NCBI GenBank assembly: GCA_034660175.1
Contig: JAYEIQ010000020.1
Location: 1 to 59,694 of the forward strand
From: Patescibacteria group bacterium
GTDB taxonomy: Bacteria; Patescibacteriota; Minisyncoccia; Moranbacterales; DUUL01
Length of the DNA: 59,694 bases
Direction: 5' to 3'
Part shown: piece by piece, positions 17,278 to 26,489 of the stretch
Position numbering within the stretch: position 1 is the first letter of the stretch
How the letters are laid out: every line of letters starts with the position of its first letter
Translations under genes and position numbers: made by a program
Notes under the pieces: model-generated
Database searches by the model: none
Seen by the model: the letters and a program-made list of their open reading frames with translations, nothing else
What the model was told of the DNA's origin: nothing

Positions 17278-18186
17278 CTATTTCATTGTGATAATTACCA
17301 ATCTCCATTTTTCTGCAAGATCTTTCTTGAATTCAATTTTTGCACTTGGTAAAAGTGATTTAATTTCTTGAATAATGAGAGATTTTTGCTCAGGGCTGAT
17401 TTCGATAAGAGTAGTGGCAGAAATCCCTTGTTCGATGGTTAGTAATTTTATTTGATTGAGTAATTTTCGATAGTGATCAAGACCAACTTGTCCCGAAAGA
17501 AGAGCATTTTCTGGTTCAAAAATTTTGACGCAGTTAGGCGAGGTGTTATATATGTCTTTTGAAAGATATGGAAGATTTGCAAGAATTAAAATTGATGAAT
17601 CTCGAATGTCGAATAGGGGATTGTTGACTAAAGGATTGAGAAATCTTCCGTTAAGAAACTTTATATTTTCTGAAACACCATGCTTTTTTGCGTTATTTTG
17701 TGCAACTTTCAAAACTTTTATTGATGGGTCAATCGCGAAAAGATCAGTATTTTCACCAGATATTGTTTGTAATAGTTTTTTAGCAACAGATATAATAATA
17801 TTTCCGCTACCAGTTCCAACATCTACTACAATTATTTTGTTACGTAACATGCTACGTAACATATCGAGGGCTTTATCAACTATTAATTCAGTTTCCGGGC
17901 GTGGTATGAGAGTGTTTTTATCAACAAGGAAGCTCAGACCATAGAATTCTTTTTCGCCAGTTAAATATGCAAGTGGTTCATCATTTGTGCGTCGAATTAT
18001 CATAGATTCAAAATCATGAATTTGTTTTTCATTAAGTCTCTTTTTTGGGTAAGAAATGACAAATTCACGAGATTTTCTCAAGACATTGGCCAGTAAAAGC
18101 TCCGCATCAAGTTGCGGAGTTGGAATATTCGTTTTCTTCAATTTTGTAATTGCTTCAGTGAGCGCTTGTCTATTTGTTTTTTTCAT
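17278..18186 (-). CDS. prmC: Release factor glutamine methyltransferase
   Basis: EPLAY..G..EF, LIPRPETE, DVGTGSG, NLPY; downstream of prfA. Confidence 0.95.
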   Translation of the reverse strand: MKKTNRQALTEAITKLKKTNIPTPQLDAELLLANVLRKSREFVISYPKKRLNEKQIHDFESMIIRRTNDEPLAYLTGEKEFYGLSFLVDKNTLIPRPETELIVDKALDMLRSMLRNKIIVVDVGTGSGNIIISVAKKLLQTISGENTDLFAIDPSIKVLKVAQNNAKKHGVSENIKFLNGRFLNPLVNNPLFDIRDSSILILANLPYLSKDIYNTSPNCVKIFEPENALLSGQVGLDHYRKLLNQIKLLTIEQGISATTLIEISPEQKSLIIQEIKSLLPSAKIEFKKDLAEKWRLVIITMK

Positions 18187-18274
18187 ATTTGAATTGTGCT
18201 AGCTTGTAGTGGTTTTTGAGCACAGACAACTTTTTTTAAATGTGTCATCCTATCACGACAAGTTAATACTTATT

Positions 18275-18299
18275 AGTCGCCGAGAATGCTTCGGCGACT
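18275..18299. terminator. GC-rich hairpin between prfA and prmC
   Basis: AGTCGCCGA-7nt-TCGGCGACT. Confidence 0.45.
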
Positions 18300-18303
18300 T
18301 TCT

Positions 18304-19362
18304 TTATTTTTCCAATAATCTTTTTTGGTCTTCAGCAACCAGTGTGTCAATTATTTTTTCAACATCTCCATTCAAAATGCCCTCGATATTAGACCAGTTT
18401 TTCTTGATTCGATGATCAGTAATTCGATCTTGTGGGAAGTTGTATGTTCTTATTTTCTCAGATCTGTTACCAGTTCCGATCTGACTCTTTCTCGCGTCTC
18501 CTTGTTCCTGGGATTTTTCCTCTTCTTTAGCAGCTAAAAGTCGAGAGCGAAGAACGCTCATAGCCTTATCTTTGTTTTTGTGCTGAGATTTTTCATCTTG
18601 ACATGAAACAACAATTTCGCTTGGAGCGTGAGTTATACGCACTGCACTATTTGTGGTGTTAACACTTTGACCTCCTGGTCCGGATGAAGCAAAGGTGTCA
18701 ATACGCAAATCTGCAGGATCAATCTGTAAGTCAACTTCTTCTGCCTGTGGAAGCACCGCTACTGTTGCGGTTGATGTGTGAATACGGCCTTGTTTCTCTG
18801 TCTCTGGAATGCGCTGAACACGGTGAACGCCTGATTCATACTTCATTTTGGAGAACACGTTTTCACCATTGATCTCAAAAATAACTTCTTTATATCCACC
18901 TATTTCACTGTGGCTTGAATTGAGTAAAAGTGTCTTCCATTGGTTTCGCTCAGCAAAACGATTATACATTCGTAGTAGGTCCGCTGCAAAAAGTCCAGCT
19001 TCATCTCCACCTGCGCCTGCTCTAATTTCAACAATAACATCTTTTTTGTCATTTGTGTCTTTTGGTATCAAGGATAGCTCCAGTTTTTTTCCAATTTTCT
19101 CTTTTTGTTTAGCTAAAGTGACATTTTCTTCTGTTGCCATTTGAATCATTTCAGTGTCTGCCGAAGACATAATTTCTGAATTTTCCTGCATTTGTTTCTC
19201 AATATTTTCAAGTTTTTCAATCATAACAACGGTTTTTTCCATTTGAGCTTGTCTTTTCCCAAGATCTGCCATTTTTTTTGCATCAGAAATCAACTCAGGG
19301 TCTGTGAGTTGATTTTGAATTTTCTGATATTCTTGCTTGAATTGCTGTGCTTTGGGATTCAT
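18304..19362 (-). CDS. prfA: Peptide chain release factor 1
   Basis: GGQ motif, PET recognition loop, [14 protein letters not shown]. Confidence 0.98.
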   Translation of the reverse strand: MNPKAQQFKQEYQKIQNQLTDPELISDAKKMADLGKRQAQMEKTVVMIEKLENIEKQMQENSEIMSSADTEMIQMATEENVTLAKQKEKIGKKLELSLIPKDTNDKKDVIVEIRAGAGGDEAGLFAADLLRMYNRFAERNQWKTLLLNSSHSEIGGYKEVIFEINGENVFSKMKYESGVHRVQRIPETEKQGRIHTSTATVAVLPQAEEVDLQIDPADLRIDTFASSGPGGQSVNTTNSAVRITHAPSEIVVSCQDEKSQHKNKDKAMSVLRSRLLAAKEEEKSQEQGDARKSQIGTGNRSEKIRTYNFPQDRITDHRIKKNWSNIEGILNGDVEKIIDTLVAEDQKRLLEK

Positions 19363-19476
19363 TGTTGATTTTTAAAGTTTTTCTAACCTTTATTCTCTAT
19401 GAAATTGTTTCTGAGGTCAAGCCGAAAACAAAAACGAACCAAGTAGGTCCGTTTTATACAAAAAGAATGCAAGAAA

Positions 19477-19770
19477 CTATTTTTTCTTGGTTTCTTTCTT
19501 TATTTTTGTTGCTTTGGCTCTAGCAGCAGCTTTTGCCTTCTTGTCCTTGCTTGATTTCTTCAGTTCAGAGTGTCTTTCCATCTTTTTCTTAAAGCGATCA
19601 ACTTGACCTGCAGAGTCAACAAGCTTTTTCTTGCCAGTATAAAAAGGGTGGCAGGCACTGCAAATTTCTATTTCCATTTCTTTTGCGGTTGATCCAACTT
19701 TAATCACATTTCCACAAGCGCAGGTAATTTTTGTATCATCGTTATAGTTTGGGTGGATATCTTTTTTCAT
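19477..19770 (-). CDS. rpmE: 50S ribosomal protein L31 (Zn type, Lys-rich tail)
   Basis: [21 protein letters not shown]. Confidence 0.97.
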   Translation of the reverse strand: MKKDIHPNYNDDTKITCACGNVIKVGSTAKEMEIEICSACHPFYTGKKKLVDSAGQVDRFKKKMERHSELKKSSKDKKAKAAARAKATKIKKETKKK

Positions 19771-19954
19771 GAAAATAAATTTATATTATGATTTGTGGCA
19801 TAGTAATTTGTACCAACAAATTTATGTAACAAGGATAACACTACCATATATTTTTTTATTTGGCAAGAGGTTTGGAAAATTTTACTTTTTAAAAATTGAT
19901 GTTATACTAAATCACACAAAGTCAGGCATTTTATTAGCATAAAATAGACTAAAA

Positions 19955-21175
19955 ATGAGAATTGGAATAGACGCCAGATCAATATTGAATCCAGAAAAAA
20001 ATCCAGCTATTGGGGTTGGACACTATACTTTTCAGCTCATCCGACACCTCTTGAAATTGGACCAACGTAATCAATATGAAATATTTTTTGATTATCGAGT
20101 TCGACAAAAAGATATCAAGAAATTTTCAAAACCAAACGTGAAAATAAAGTATTTTCCTTGGTCAGATTACAAAAAGTATTTACCAGGTGCCTACAGTGAA
20201 ATCCTGGGCTTGGCTACACTAACTGGAAAGGACTTTGATGTTCTGCACATCACTTCTCCTGACGCGAGAGTTCCTCTTGGATATCGAGGAAAGGTGGTTT
20301 GCACATTTCAAGACTTAGCTGTCTTTAAATTTCCGAAATATTTTTCTCAAGGAAGGCGTTTTAAGGCTCAATATAATCGAAAAGCAATGGCTACTAGGGC
20401 AGACAAATTGATTGCTGTCTCAGATAATACCAAGAATGACTTGATTGATTTGTTCAATGTTCCTGAGGAAAAAATTTCTGTGATTCACAATGCCGCCGAT
20501 AAAAGGTTTTTGCAAGAAATGAAAATAGACAAAGATCAATTGAAAGATGATTTGTGCGATCGTTTCAGAATTGAAAGAGACTATGTTCTATTTGTTGGGA
20601 CCCTTGAACCAATAAAAAACATAACTCGACTCATTCAGGCTTTTAAGCTTTTCAAAGATAGCAACAAAAAAACTGGTAACCCAAGAAATTATCAACTCGT
20701 TTTAGCAGGAAAGAAGGGTTGGCTTGCTAAGGAGTATTTTCAAATTGCCAAGGATTTTGGATTGGAAAAAGATATCAAATTTTTGGGATATGTAGAAGGT
20801 GAAGACTTGAAGAAACTGATGAAGGGAGCAAAATTGTTTGTGATGCCATCACTCTATGAGGGATTTGGGATGACTGTTCTTGAGGCATTATCCTGTAAAA
20901 CTCCAAGTATCATTTCGGATATTGACCCTCTCAGAAAGATCGCTGGAAAATCTGTTGTATACATTGATTCTCACGACATAGAAGATATTGCAAAGAAAAT
21001 AGGATCTCTCATTGAGGATCATGAGAGAAAGAGTCAGTTAGCACGAGACGGATTTCTTAGAGCAAAGAACTTCTCTTGGGAAAAATGTGCACGTGAAACA
21101 CTTGAAATTTACTCTGCCATTGCACAAAAGAATAACAAAATAGTTGATTTTGATTCAAGGAAACACACTTTGTGA
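19955..21175 (+). CDS. Glycosyltransferase family 4
   Basis: MRIGIDAR, GTLEPIKN, PSLYEGFGM.VLEA, FSWEKCA.ET. Confidence 0.92.
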   Translation: MRIGIDARSILNPEKNPAIGVGHYTFQLIRHLLKLDQRNQYEIFFDYRVRQKDIKKFSKPNVKIKYFPWSDYKKYLPGAYSEILGLATLTGKDFDVLHITSPDARVPLGYRGKVVCTFQDLAVFKFPKYFSQGRRFKAQYNRKAMATRADKLIAVSDNTKNDLIDLFNVPEEKISVIHNAADKRFLQEMKIDKDQLKDDLCDRFRIERDYVLFVGTLEPIKNITRLIQAFKLFKDSNKKTGNPRNYQLVLAGKKGWLAKEYFQIAKDFGLEKDIKFLGYVEGEDLKKLMKGAKLFVMPSLYEGFGMTVLEALSCKTPSIISDIDPLRKIAGKSVVYIDSHDIEDIAKKIGSLIEDHERKSQLARDGFLRAKNFSWEKCARETLEIYSAIAQKNNKIVDFDSRKHTL

Positions 21176-21262
21176 TTAAACCAATTCTGCACTGGACAAA
21201 AAACGATATTGTGGCTACAATATTATTTGTTGTCTGTTTTTTTATACATTTTTTACTTAATC

Positions 21263-21336
21263 GGGCGATTAGCTCAGCTGGTTAGAGCGCAACACTGATA
21301 ATGTTGAGGTCCCAGGTTCAAGTCCTGGATCGCCCA
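21263..21336 (+). tRNA. tRNA-Ile(GAT)
   Basis: Cloverleaf GGGCGAT...ATCGCCC-A; anticodon GAT 21297-21299; TTCAA T-loop; CCA not encoded. Confidence 0.97.
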
Positions 21337-21370
21337 CAGAGAAATGATTACAAAAATATAGCAATGAAAT

Positions 21371-21443
21371 GGGCCCTTAGCTCAGTTGGTAGAGCGCCTC
21401 GTTTGCACCGAGGAGGTCAGGAGTTCGAATCCCCTAGGGTCCA
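21371..21443 (+). tRNA. tRNA-Ala(TGC)
   Basis: GGGCCCT...AGGGTCC-A with G3-U70; anticodon TGC 21404-21406; one A-C mismatch in the T stem. Confidence 0.96.
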
Positions 21444-21562
21444 CAGAAAATAATTTACAAATTTTAATTTGAAATTTTCAATGAGCTTTCAATATTTGAA
21501 TTTCAAATGATAAAAAAGTTTTTTTGATTTGTCCAATGGCGAGTTTTTTATTGCAAAAAGAC

Positions 21563-22816
21563 ATGAATGGAAAAAGAAAAAAGTTTGTAATAAGAACGCT
21601 TGGTTGCAAAGTCAATCAAATTGACTCAAGAGCATTAAAGGGAATGCTAATCAGGAGTGGTCTTATTGAGAATGTGAACAGTCCGGATATTGTTATCATA
21701 AATACATGCGCTGTTACAAAAAATGCGATCAAAAAGGATCGAAAGATGTTTAACGGTTTGAAGAAAAAGCACCTCGAAGCAAAGTTCGTTTTGATGGGAT
21801 GTTTTCCGCAGACATACAAAAAGGATGCCGAAAAATTTGACGTTGATCTTGTTTGGGGAACAGTAAATTTGGATGAGCTTGTTGAAAAAATAAAAGTGCT
21901 TTTGGACATAAGTATAAATGTAAGTGCTAGTGTGGGTACGTTAGTAGATTCTCCAAAAACTGGTAAGCGATCGCGTTATTTTCTCAAAATTCAAGATGGT
22001 TGTGAGCAATTTTGCAGTTATTGCAACATACCCTATGCACGGGGAAATTTATGGAGTAGACCCGAAAAAGAAATTTTCGAAGAGATTGCAATGGCAATAA
22101 AAGTTGGGTTTTCTGAGATAGTTTTGTGTGGAATTCATCTTGGTTTGTATGGAAAGGAAAAGGGAGCAAAAACAACTGATCTGGCTGGGCTTCTGAGGGA
22201 AATTGTTTTAATTAAAGGACTTGGCAGGGTTCGTCTGAGTTCAATTGAGGCAAATGATATATCTGATGAACTTCTTTTGCTAATAAAAAACAGCAAAAAA
22301 ATCTGTGATCATTTGCATATTCCCCTTCAATCAGGAACAGACAAAATTCTCGAAGCTATGAATAGGCCATACAACACTTCCTATTTTGAAGGTGTTGTTT
22401 TGAAAGCAAGAAAGCTTATTCCTGATATCTCAATCACGACTGATGTGATTGTTGGTTTTCCCGGGGAAACGAAACGTAATTTTTGCGAGACACTCAAGTT
22501 TATAGAAAAAATGGCTTTTAGCAAGTTGCATGTATTTCCTTTTTCTGCTCATGAAAAAACTCCTGCATCTAAAATGAAAAACAAGGTTTCATCAGAAGAA
22601 AAAGCATTTCGTGCTTCAAAATTGAGAATATTTGGAGAATCTTTTGAAAAAAAATATGAAGAAAAGTTTCTTGGAAAAAAAATTGAACTTATTGTTGAAA
22701 AAAATGATAAAGGTATCTTAATGGGCAAAGAAGAGCACTATTTTGACGTGATTATTGAGAACAAGAAGTCTGAAAAGAATGCTATTGGGACTATGCACAA
22801 ATGTTTTATTGACTAG
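21563..22816 (+). CDS. mtaB: tRNA t6A methylthiotransferase (radical SAM)
   Basis: TLGCKVNQ.DS, INTCAVT, KIQDGCEQFCSYC, HVFPFS. Confidence 0.9.
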   Translation: MNGKRKKFVIRTLGCKVNQIDSRALKGMLIRSGLIENVNSPDIVIINTCAVTKNAIKKDRKMFNGLKKKHLEAKFVLMGCFPQTYKKDAEKFDVDLVWGTVNLDELVEKIKVLLDISINVSASVGTLVDSPKTGKRSRYFLKIQDGCEQFCSYCNIPYARGNLWSRPEKEIFEEIAMAIKVGFSEIVLCGIHLGLYGKEKGAKTTDLAGLLREIVLIKGLGRVRLSSIEANDISDELLLLIKNSKKICDHLHIPLQSGTDKILEAMNRPYNTSYFEGVVLKARKLIPDISITTDVIVGFPGETKRNFCETLKFIEKMAFSKLHVFPFSAHEKTPASKMKNKVSSEEKAFRASKLRIFGESFEKKYEEKFLGKKIELIVEKNDKGILMGKEEHYFDVIIENKKSEKNAIGTMHKCFID

Positions 22817-22881
22817 TTTATTTTATTTTCTTGGTGGTATACAATTGTATTGTCTTTCTGAAAAAAACAAAGTCACAAAAA

Positions 22882-24693
22882 ATGGGATTACTTGAAAAAG
22901 TAAATTATCCAAAAGATCTTAAAAAGCTCTCGACAAAACAGTTGAATGTTTTATCGAGAGAAATTAGAAACTTTCTTTTGGAGAAAGTCTCAAAAACTGG
23001 AGGACATTTGGCTTCCAATTTGGGAGTTGTTGAGCTTTCAATTGCCCTGCATAAGTTCCTGGATTGTCCAAAAGATAGTTTGATTTGGGATGTTGGACAT
23101 CAGTGTTATGTTCACAAGATTTTAACTGGAAGAAAAAAGGGATTTGATCAATTGCGCCAAAAAGGTGGAATGAGTGGTTTTCCTGACCCGAAGGAGAGCG
23201 AATATGATCTTTTCAAGACTGGTCATGCCAGCACTTCAATTTCTATTGCAATGGGAATTGCTGAAGCAAACTTGAGAATGAGAAAGAAAAGTAAAGTTGT
23301 TGCAGTGATTGGTGATGGTTCTTTCACTGGAGGATTGACGCTTGAAGCAATAAATCAAATTGGATACTTAGGAACTCCAGTGACGATCATTATGAATGAC
23401 AATCGAATGTCAATTGCTGAAAATGTTGGAGCTCTTTCTCGATACACCAAAAGAATTGAAAAAACAAAGACATATCGTGATGTGAAGAATTTACTTGATC
23501 AAGTAAAAGAGAATTGTCATCCTGATGACAAAGAATGTATCCGCCGAATATCAAAACTACGAAAATTATTTAAAAAAGTTGGAACTCCGGGTTTGTTGTT
23601 TGAAAAATTGGGAATAAATTATATTGGTCCTGTCGATGGACATTCCTTCTCTGGGCTTGAAAAAGTGTTAAAAGAAGGTGAAAAAGTGACAGGACCAGTC
23701 TTAATTCACGTCAGAACAAAAAAGGGAATGGGCTATGGATTTGCTGAGGATAGGGCGGATAAATTTCATGGTGTTTCTCCTTTTGTGGTTGAGAATGGTA
23801 ATAGCAAAAAATGTTCCAAAGAAAAAAGCTATACGGACGTGTTTGGTGATCAGTTGTTGAAAATGGCCAAGAAAAATGATAGAATAGTGGGGATAACGGC
23901 AGCAATGTCTTCGGGAACAGGACTGAATAAGCTTGCAAATGAACTCCCAAGTCAATTTTTTGACGTTGGGATTTGCGAAGGACATGCTGTCACCTTTGCT
24001 GCCGGAATGGCAAAGAGCGGATATCGACCAGTTGTTGCTATCTATTCTACCTTTTTGCAAAGATCATTGGATCAAATCATTCACGATGTTTGTTTGCAGA
24101 AGTTACCTGTGATTTTTGCAATTGATAGAGCGGGTCTTGTTGGGGAGGATGGACCTACGCACCATGGAGTTTTTGATGTCAGTTTTTTGAGATTTATACC
24201 GAATATTGTTTTGATGGCCCCTAAAGATGGAAATGAGTTGGAAATGATGCTAAGCTATGCTTTAAGAATCAAGAAGCCTGTTGCCATTCGATATCCGAGA
24301 GGCTGCATAGATGATAATTTAATTGAAGATGTAAAACATGAGCAGATTACTATTGGGAAGGCAGAATATTTATTGAAAGGAAGAGACAAAATCGTTGTTT
24401 TTTATGGAAATCATTTGGCTAGGGCTCTGAAAATAGTTGGGGGGAAGAAAGATTTTTCAATTGTTAATGCCCGTTTCGCAAAACCAATTGATAATCGTTT
24501 AATCAAGATGATAGGTAGGGCTAAGGAGGCAACTATTATCGAGGAAAATGCAAAGGCAGGTGGGTTTGCTAGTGGAATTTTGGAAAAACTTATTGCTCAA
24601 AAAATAAATACCAAGATTAAAATAATTGGAATCGAAGATAGTTTTGTTGATCATGGAAACGTAGATGGGCTCAGAAAGAAATATCTTGTCTGA
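22882..24693 (+). CDS. dxs: 1-deoxy-D-xylulose-5-phosphate synthase
   Basis: GGHLASNLG, WDVGHQ.Y.HKILTGR, GDG..T.G, DRAGLVGEDGPTHHG. Confidence 0.96.
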   Translation: MGLLEKVNYPKDLKKLSTKQLNVLSREIRNFLLEKVSKTGGHLASNLGVVELSIALHKFLDCPKDSLIWDVGHQCYVHKILTGRKKGFDQLRQKGGMSGFPDPKESEYDLFKTGHASTSISIAMGIAEANLRMRKKSKVVAVIGDGSFTGGLTLEAINQIGYLGTPVTIIMNDNRMSIAENVGALSRYTKRIEKTKTYRDVKNLLDQVKENCHPDDKECIRRISKLRKLFKKVGTPGLLFEKLGINYIGPVDGHSFSGLEKVLKEGEKVTGPVLIHVRTKKGMGYGFAEDRADKFHGVSPFVVENGNSKKCSKEKSYTDVFGDQLLKMAKKNDRIVGITAAMSSGTGLNKLANELPSQFFDVGICEGHAVTFAAGMAKSGYRPVVAIYSTFLQRSLDQIIHDVCLQKLPVIFAIDRAGLVGEDGPTHHGVFDVSFLRFIPNIVLMAPKDGNELEMMLSYALRIKKPVAIRYPRGCIDDNLIEDVKHEQITIGKAEYLLKGRDKIVVFYGNHLARALKIVGGKKDFSIVNARFAKPIDNRLIKMIGRAKEATIIEENAKAGGFASGILEKLIAQKINTKIKIIGIEDSFVDHGNVDGLRKKYLV

Positions 24694-24742
24694 GTTGACC
24701 AAGGAGATCACAGGGGTTGTTTTCAGTTCCAACAGCATGTTC

Positions 24743-25147
24743 ATGAAAAAACAAACAAAAAAGAAAGAGTTGTGTGCTCAAAACACTCAGAGACTGAGTA
24801 ATGGCAAAAGAATGAGGAGTCAGTATATGGCTGATGTGACATCTCAAGCAATTGGAAGTTGGACATATATCGTTTATCAGACTGTTTTTGTTTTGGTGTG
24901 GGTCTTGTTGAATGTGTATGGTCTTGTCAAAAGTTGGGACCCATATCCATTTATATTTCTCAATCTTGCATTGAGCGTAATTTCTATATATACAGCACCG
25001 ATAATCTTGATGAGTCAAAACCGTGAGGCAGAGCGAGACAGAAAAAGAGCAATAAATGACTTGGCGACAGATCGTCGTGCAGAGCGAAGGATTATTGCCA
25101 TTCAAAAAACAATTGATCGAATTGAAAGGAAGATTGACAAAAAGTAG
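24743..25147 (+). CDS. DUF1003 membrane protein
   Basis: GSW, DPYPFIFLNL.LS, APIILMSQNR motifs. Confidence 0.9.
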   Translation: MKKQTKKKELCAQNTQRLSNGKRMRSQYMADVTSQAIGSWTYIVYQTVFVLVWVLLNVYGLVKSWDPYPFIFLNLALSVISIYTAPIILMSQNREAERDRKRAINDLATDRRAERRIIAIQKTIDRIERKIDKK

Positions 25148-25151
25148 CTTA

Positions 25152-25208
25152 TTGACAAAAAAATTTTGATTGATAGAATGTTTTAGTAGTTGACAAACTG
25201 TTTGCTAA
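25152..25208 (+). promoter_or_regulatory. Sigma70 promoter with degenerate CIRCE-like operator for groES
   Basis: TTGACA 25152-57, TAGAAT 25174-79; TTAGTAGTT-N8-GTTTGCTAA 25183-25208 (one base shorter than CIRCE). Confidence 0.55.
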
Positions 25209-25226
25209 TAAATTAAAACCGAAAAT

Positions 25227-25508
25227 ATGAGCAAGGTTCTACCACTTGGACGAAATGTTCTTGTTAAGCCAGTGACAATCGAAAAGACAACTGAAAGCGG
25301 AATTGTGCTTCCTGAAACAGCATCAGAAGAAAAACCACAGGAGGGCGTGATTGTTGCAGTTGGTGAGAGTGAAAAAATTAATGAGAGAATTAAAAAGGGA
25401 GTAAAAGTCATTTTCAAAAAATATAGTGGAAATGAAGTTGAGATCGAAAAGGAAGAGCACGTGATTTTGGATGCAAAAGATGAAATTCTGGCAATCATTG
25501 AAGACTAA
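25227..25508 (+). CDS. groES: Co-chaperonin GroES
   Basis: PLG..VLVKP...EKTTESGIVLP...EKPQEG.IVAVG, KYSG.E. Confidence 0.96.
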   Translation: MSKVLPLGRNVLVKPVTIEKTTESGIVLPETASEEKPQEGVIVAVGESEKINERIKKGVKVIFKKYSGNEVEIEKEEHVILDAKDEILAIIED

Positions 25509-25538
25509 AAGCCGAGGGATATTTATTTAGATCTTTCG

Positions 25539-25609
25539 ATAGACTTTACAATAGTAAGGTCTATTTTTTATATTAAAAAAACGGCTATGAAACTTTTCCA
25601 GATAGCCGT
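25539..25609. terminator. Two back-to-back terminators (groES on +, aroE pseudogene on -)
   Basis: ATAGACTTTAC/GTAAGGTCTAT plus T run; A run plus ACGGCTAT/ATAGCCGT. Confidence 0.6.
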
Positions 25610-25630
25610 ATTGAAAATTGTCGAAAATTC

Positions 25631-26473
25631 TTACTCAAGACCCCAGACAGCAACAATGTCTTTTTCAGAAATATCTGATCTTCTTTTTTTGGATAATCCT
25701 CAAAATATAGTCCAAATTGCTTCATCATTCGAAAAATATACATCCACTTACCAAGTATATAAAAGATGTTGTTTTTTTGCAGTGATCAAGCAAATAGTTT
25801 GTTTTTCTGTCTTTCTCTGGCATGTTATGTGAAAAAAACCATCTTGCAACCATTTGGTGTTTCAGGAAAGTTATCGGAGTCTAAAAAATTTGCATTTGAA
25901 GATATTGGCGTCGCATCTACAACGATGTCTTAGTGCCCGTTAAAATGTGGGATTTTGTCTATACCAAGTTCATCTGTAACTCTCTTGAGATTTTTTCCTG
26001 TCATTGTGACTTTTATTCCCATATTCTTAAGAACTTTAAAGGCAATACATGATGTCCATCCATTTCCATAAATGATGGCAACTTTTATATTGACTTTTAA
26101 TTTTTCTATGTCACTAAGAAGTGTCTTTTTAAGTCCAAAAGCATCAGTGTTATAACTATAGAGCTTTCCTTGATTGTTGATGACAGTATTTACTGCCAGA
26201 GTTTTCTTCGCTAGCGACTCAACTACATCAAGATGTGGAATTGTAGTTGACTTTAGTTCTTCTCTACTGGTAACTACAGCATTTCTAACTATAAGTGTTC
26301 TGAGTAATTCTGTGTATATTTCGGGAGTGATATCATTATAGAATGTAACATATACAAGATTTAATCCAATTTTTTAGTGCATTATCGTGCTTCTCAATTG
26401 ATGCTTGGTTGTCAGATGTTGAAAATAAAAATTTGGTTTCAGGATTTATTTCTATGTTGTGTACGTTTCTCAT
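25631..26473 (-). pseudogene. aroE: Shikimate dehydrogenase pseudogene
   Basis: Manual translation: MRNVHNIEINPETK...IPHLDVVESLAKKTLAVNTVINNQGKLYSYNTDAFGL...IYGNG...DIVVDATP...GKWMY....KQFGLY; in-frame TAA at 25930-32 and several frameshifts. Confidence 0.85.
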
Positions 26474-26489
26474 AGTTTGTTGTATCTTT

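Noticed and set aside
21176-21562. rRNA operon around the tRNA-Ile/Ala pair
   Set aside because: Flanks are protein-coding and no rRNA sequence is present
25587-25832. 81 aa + strand ORF
   Set aside because: Antisense to the aroE pseudogene
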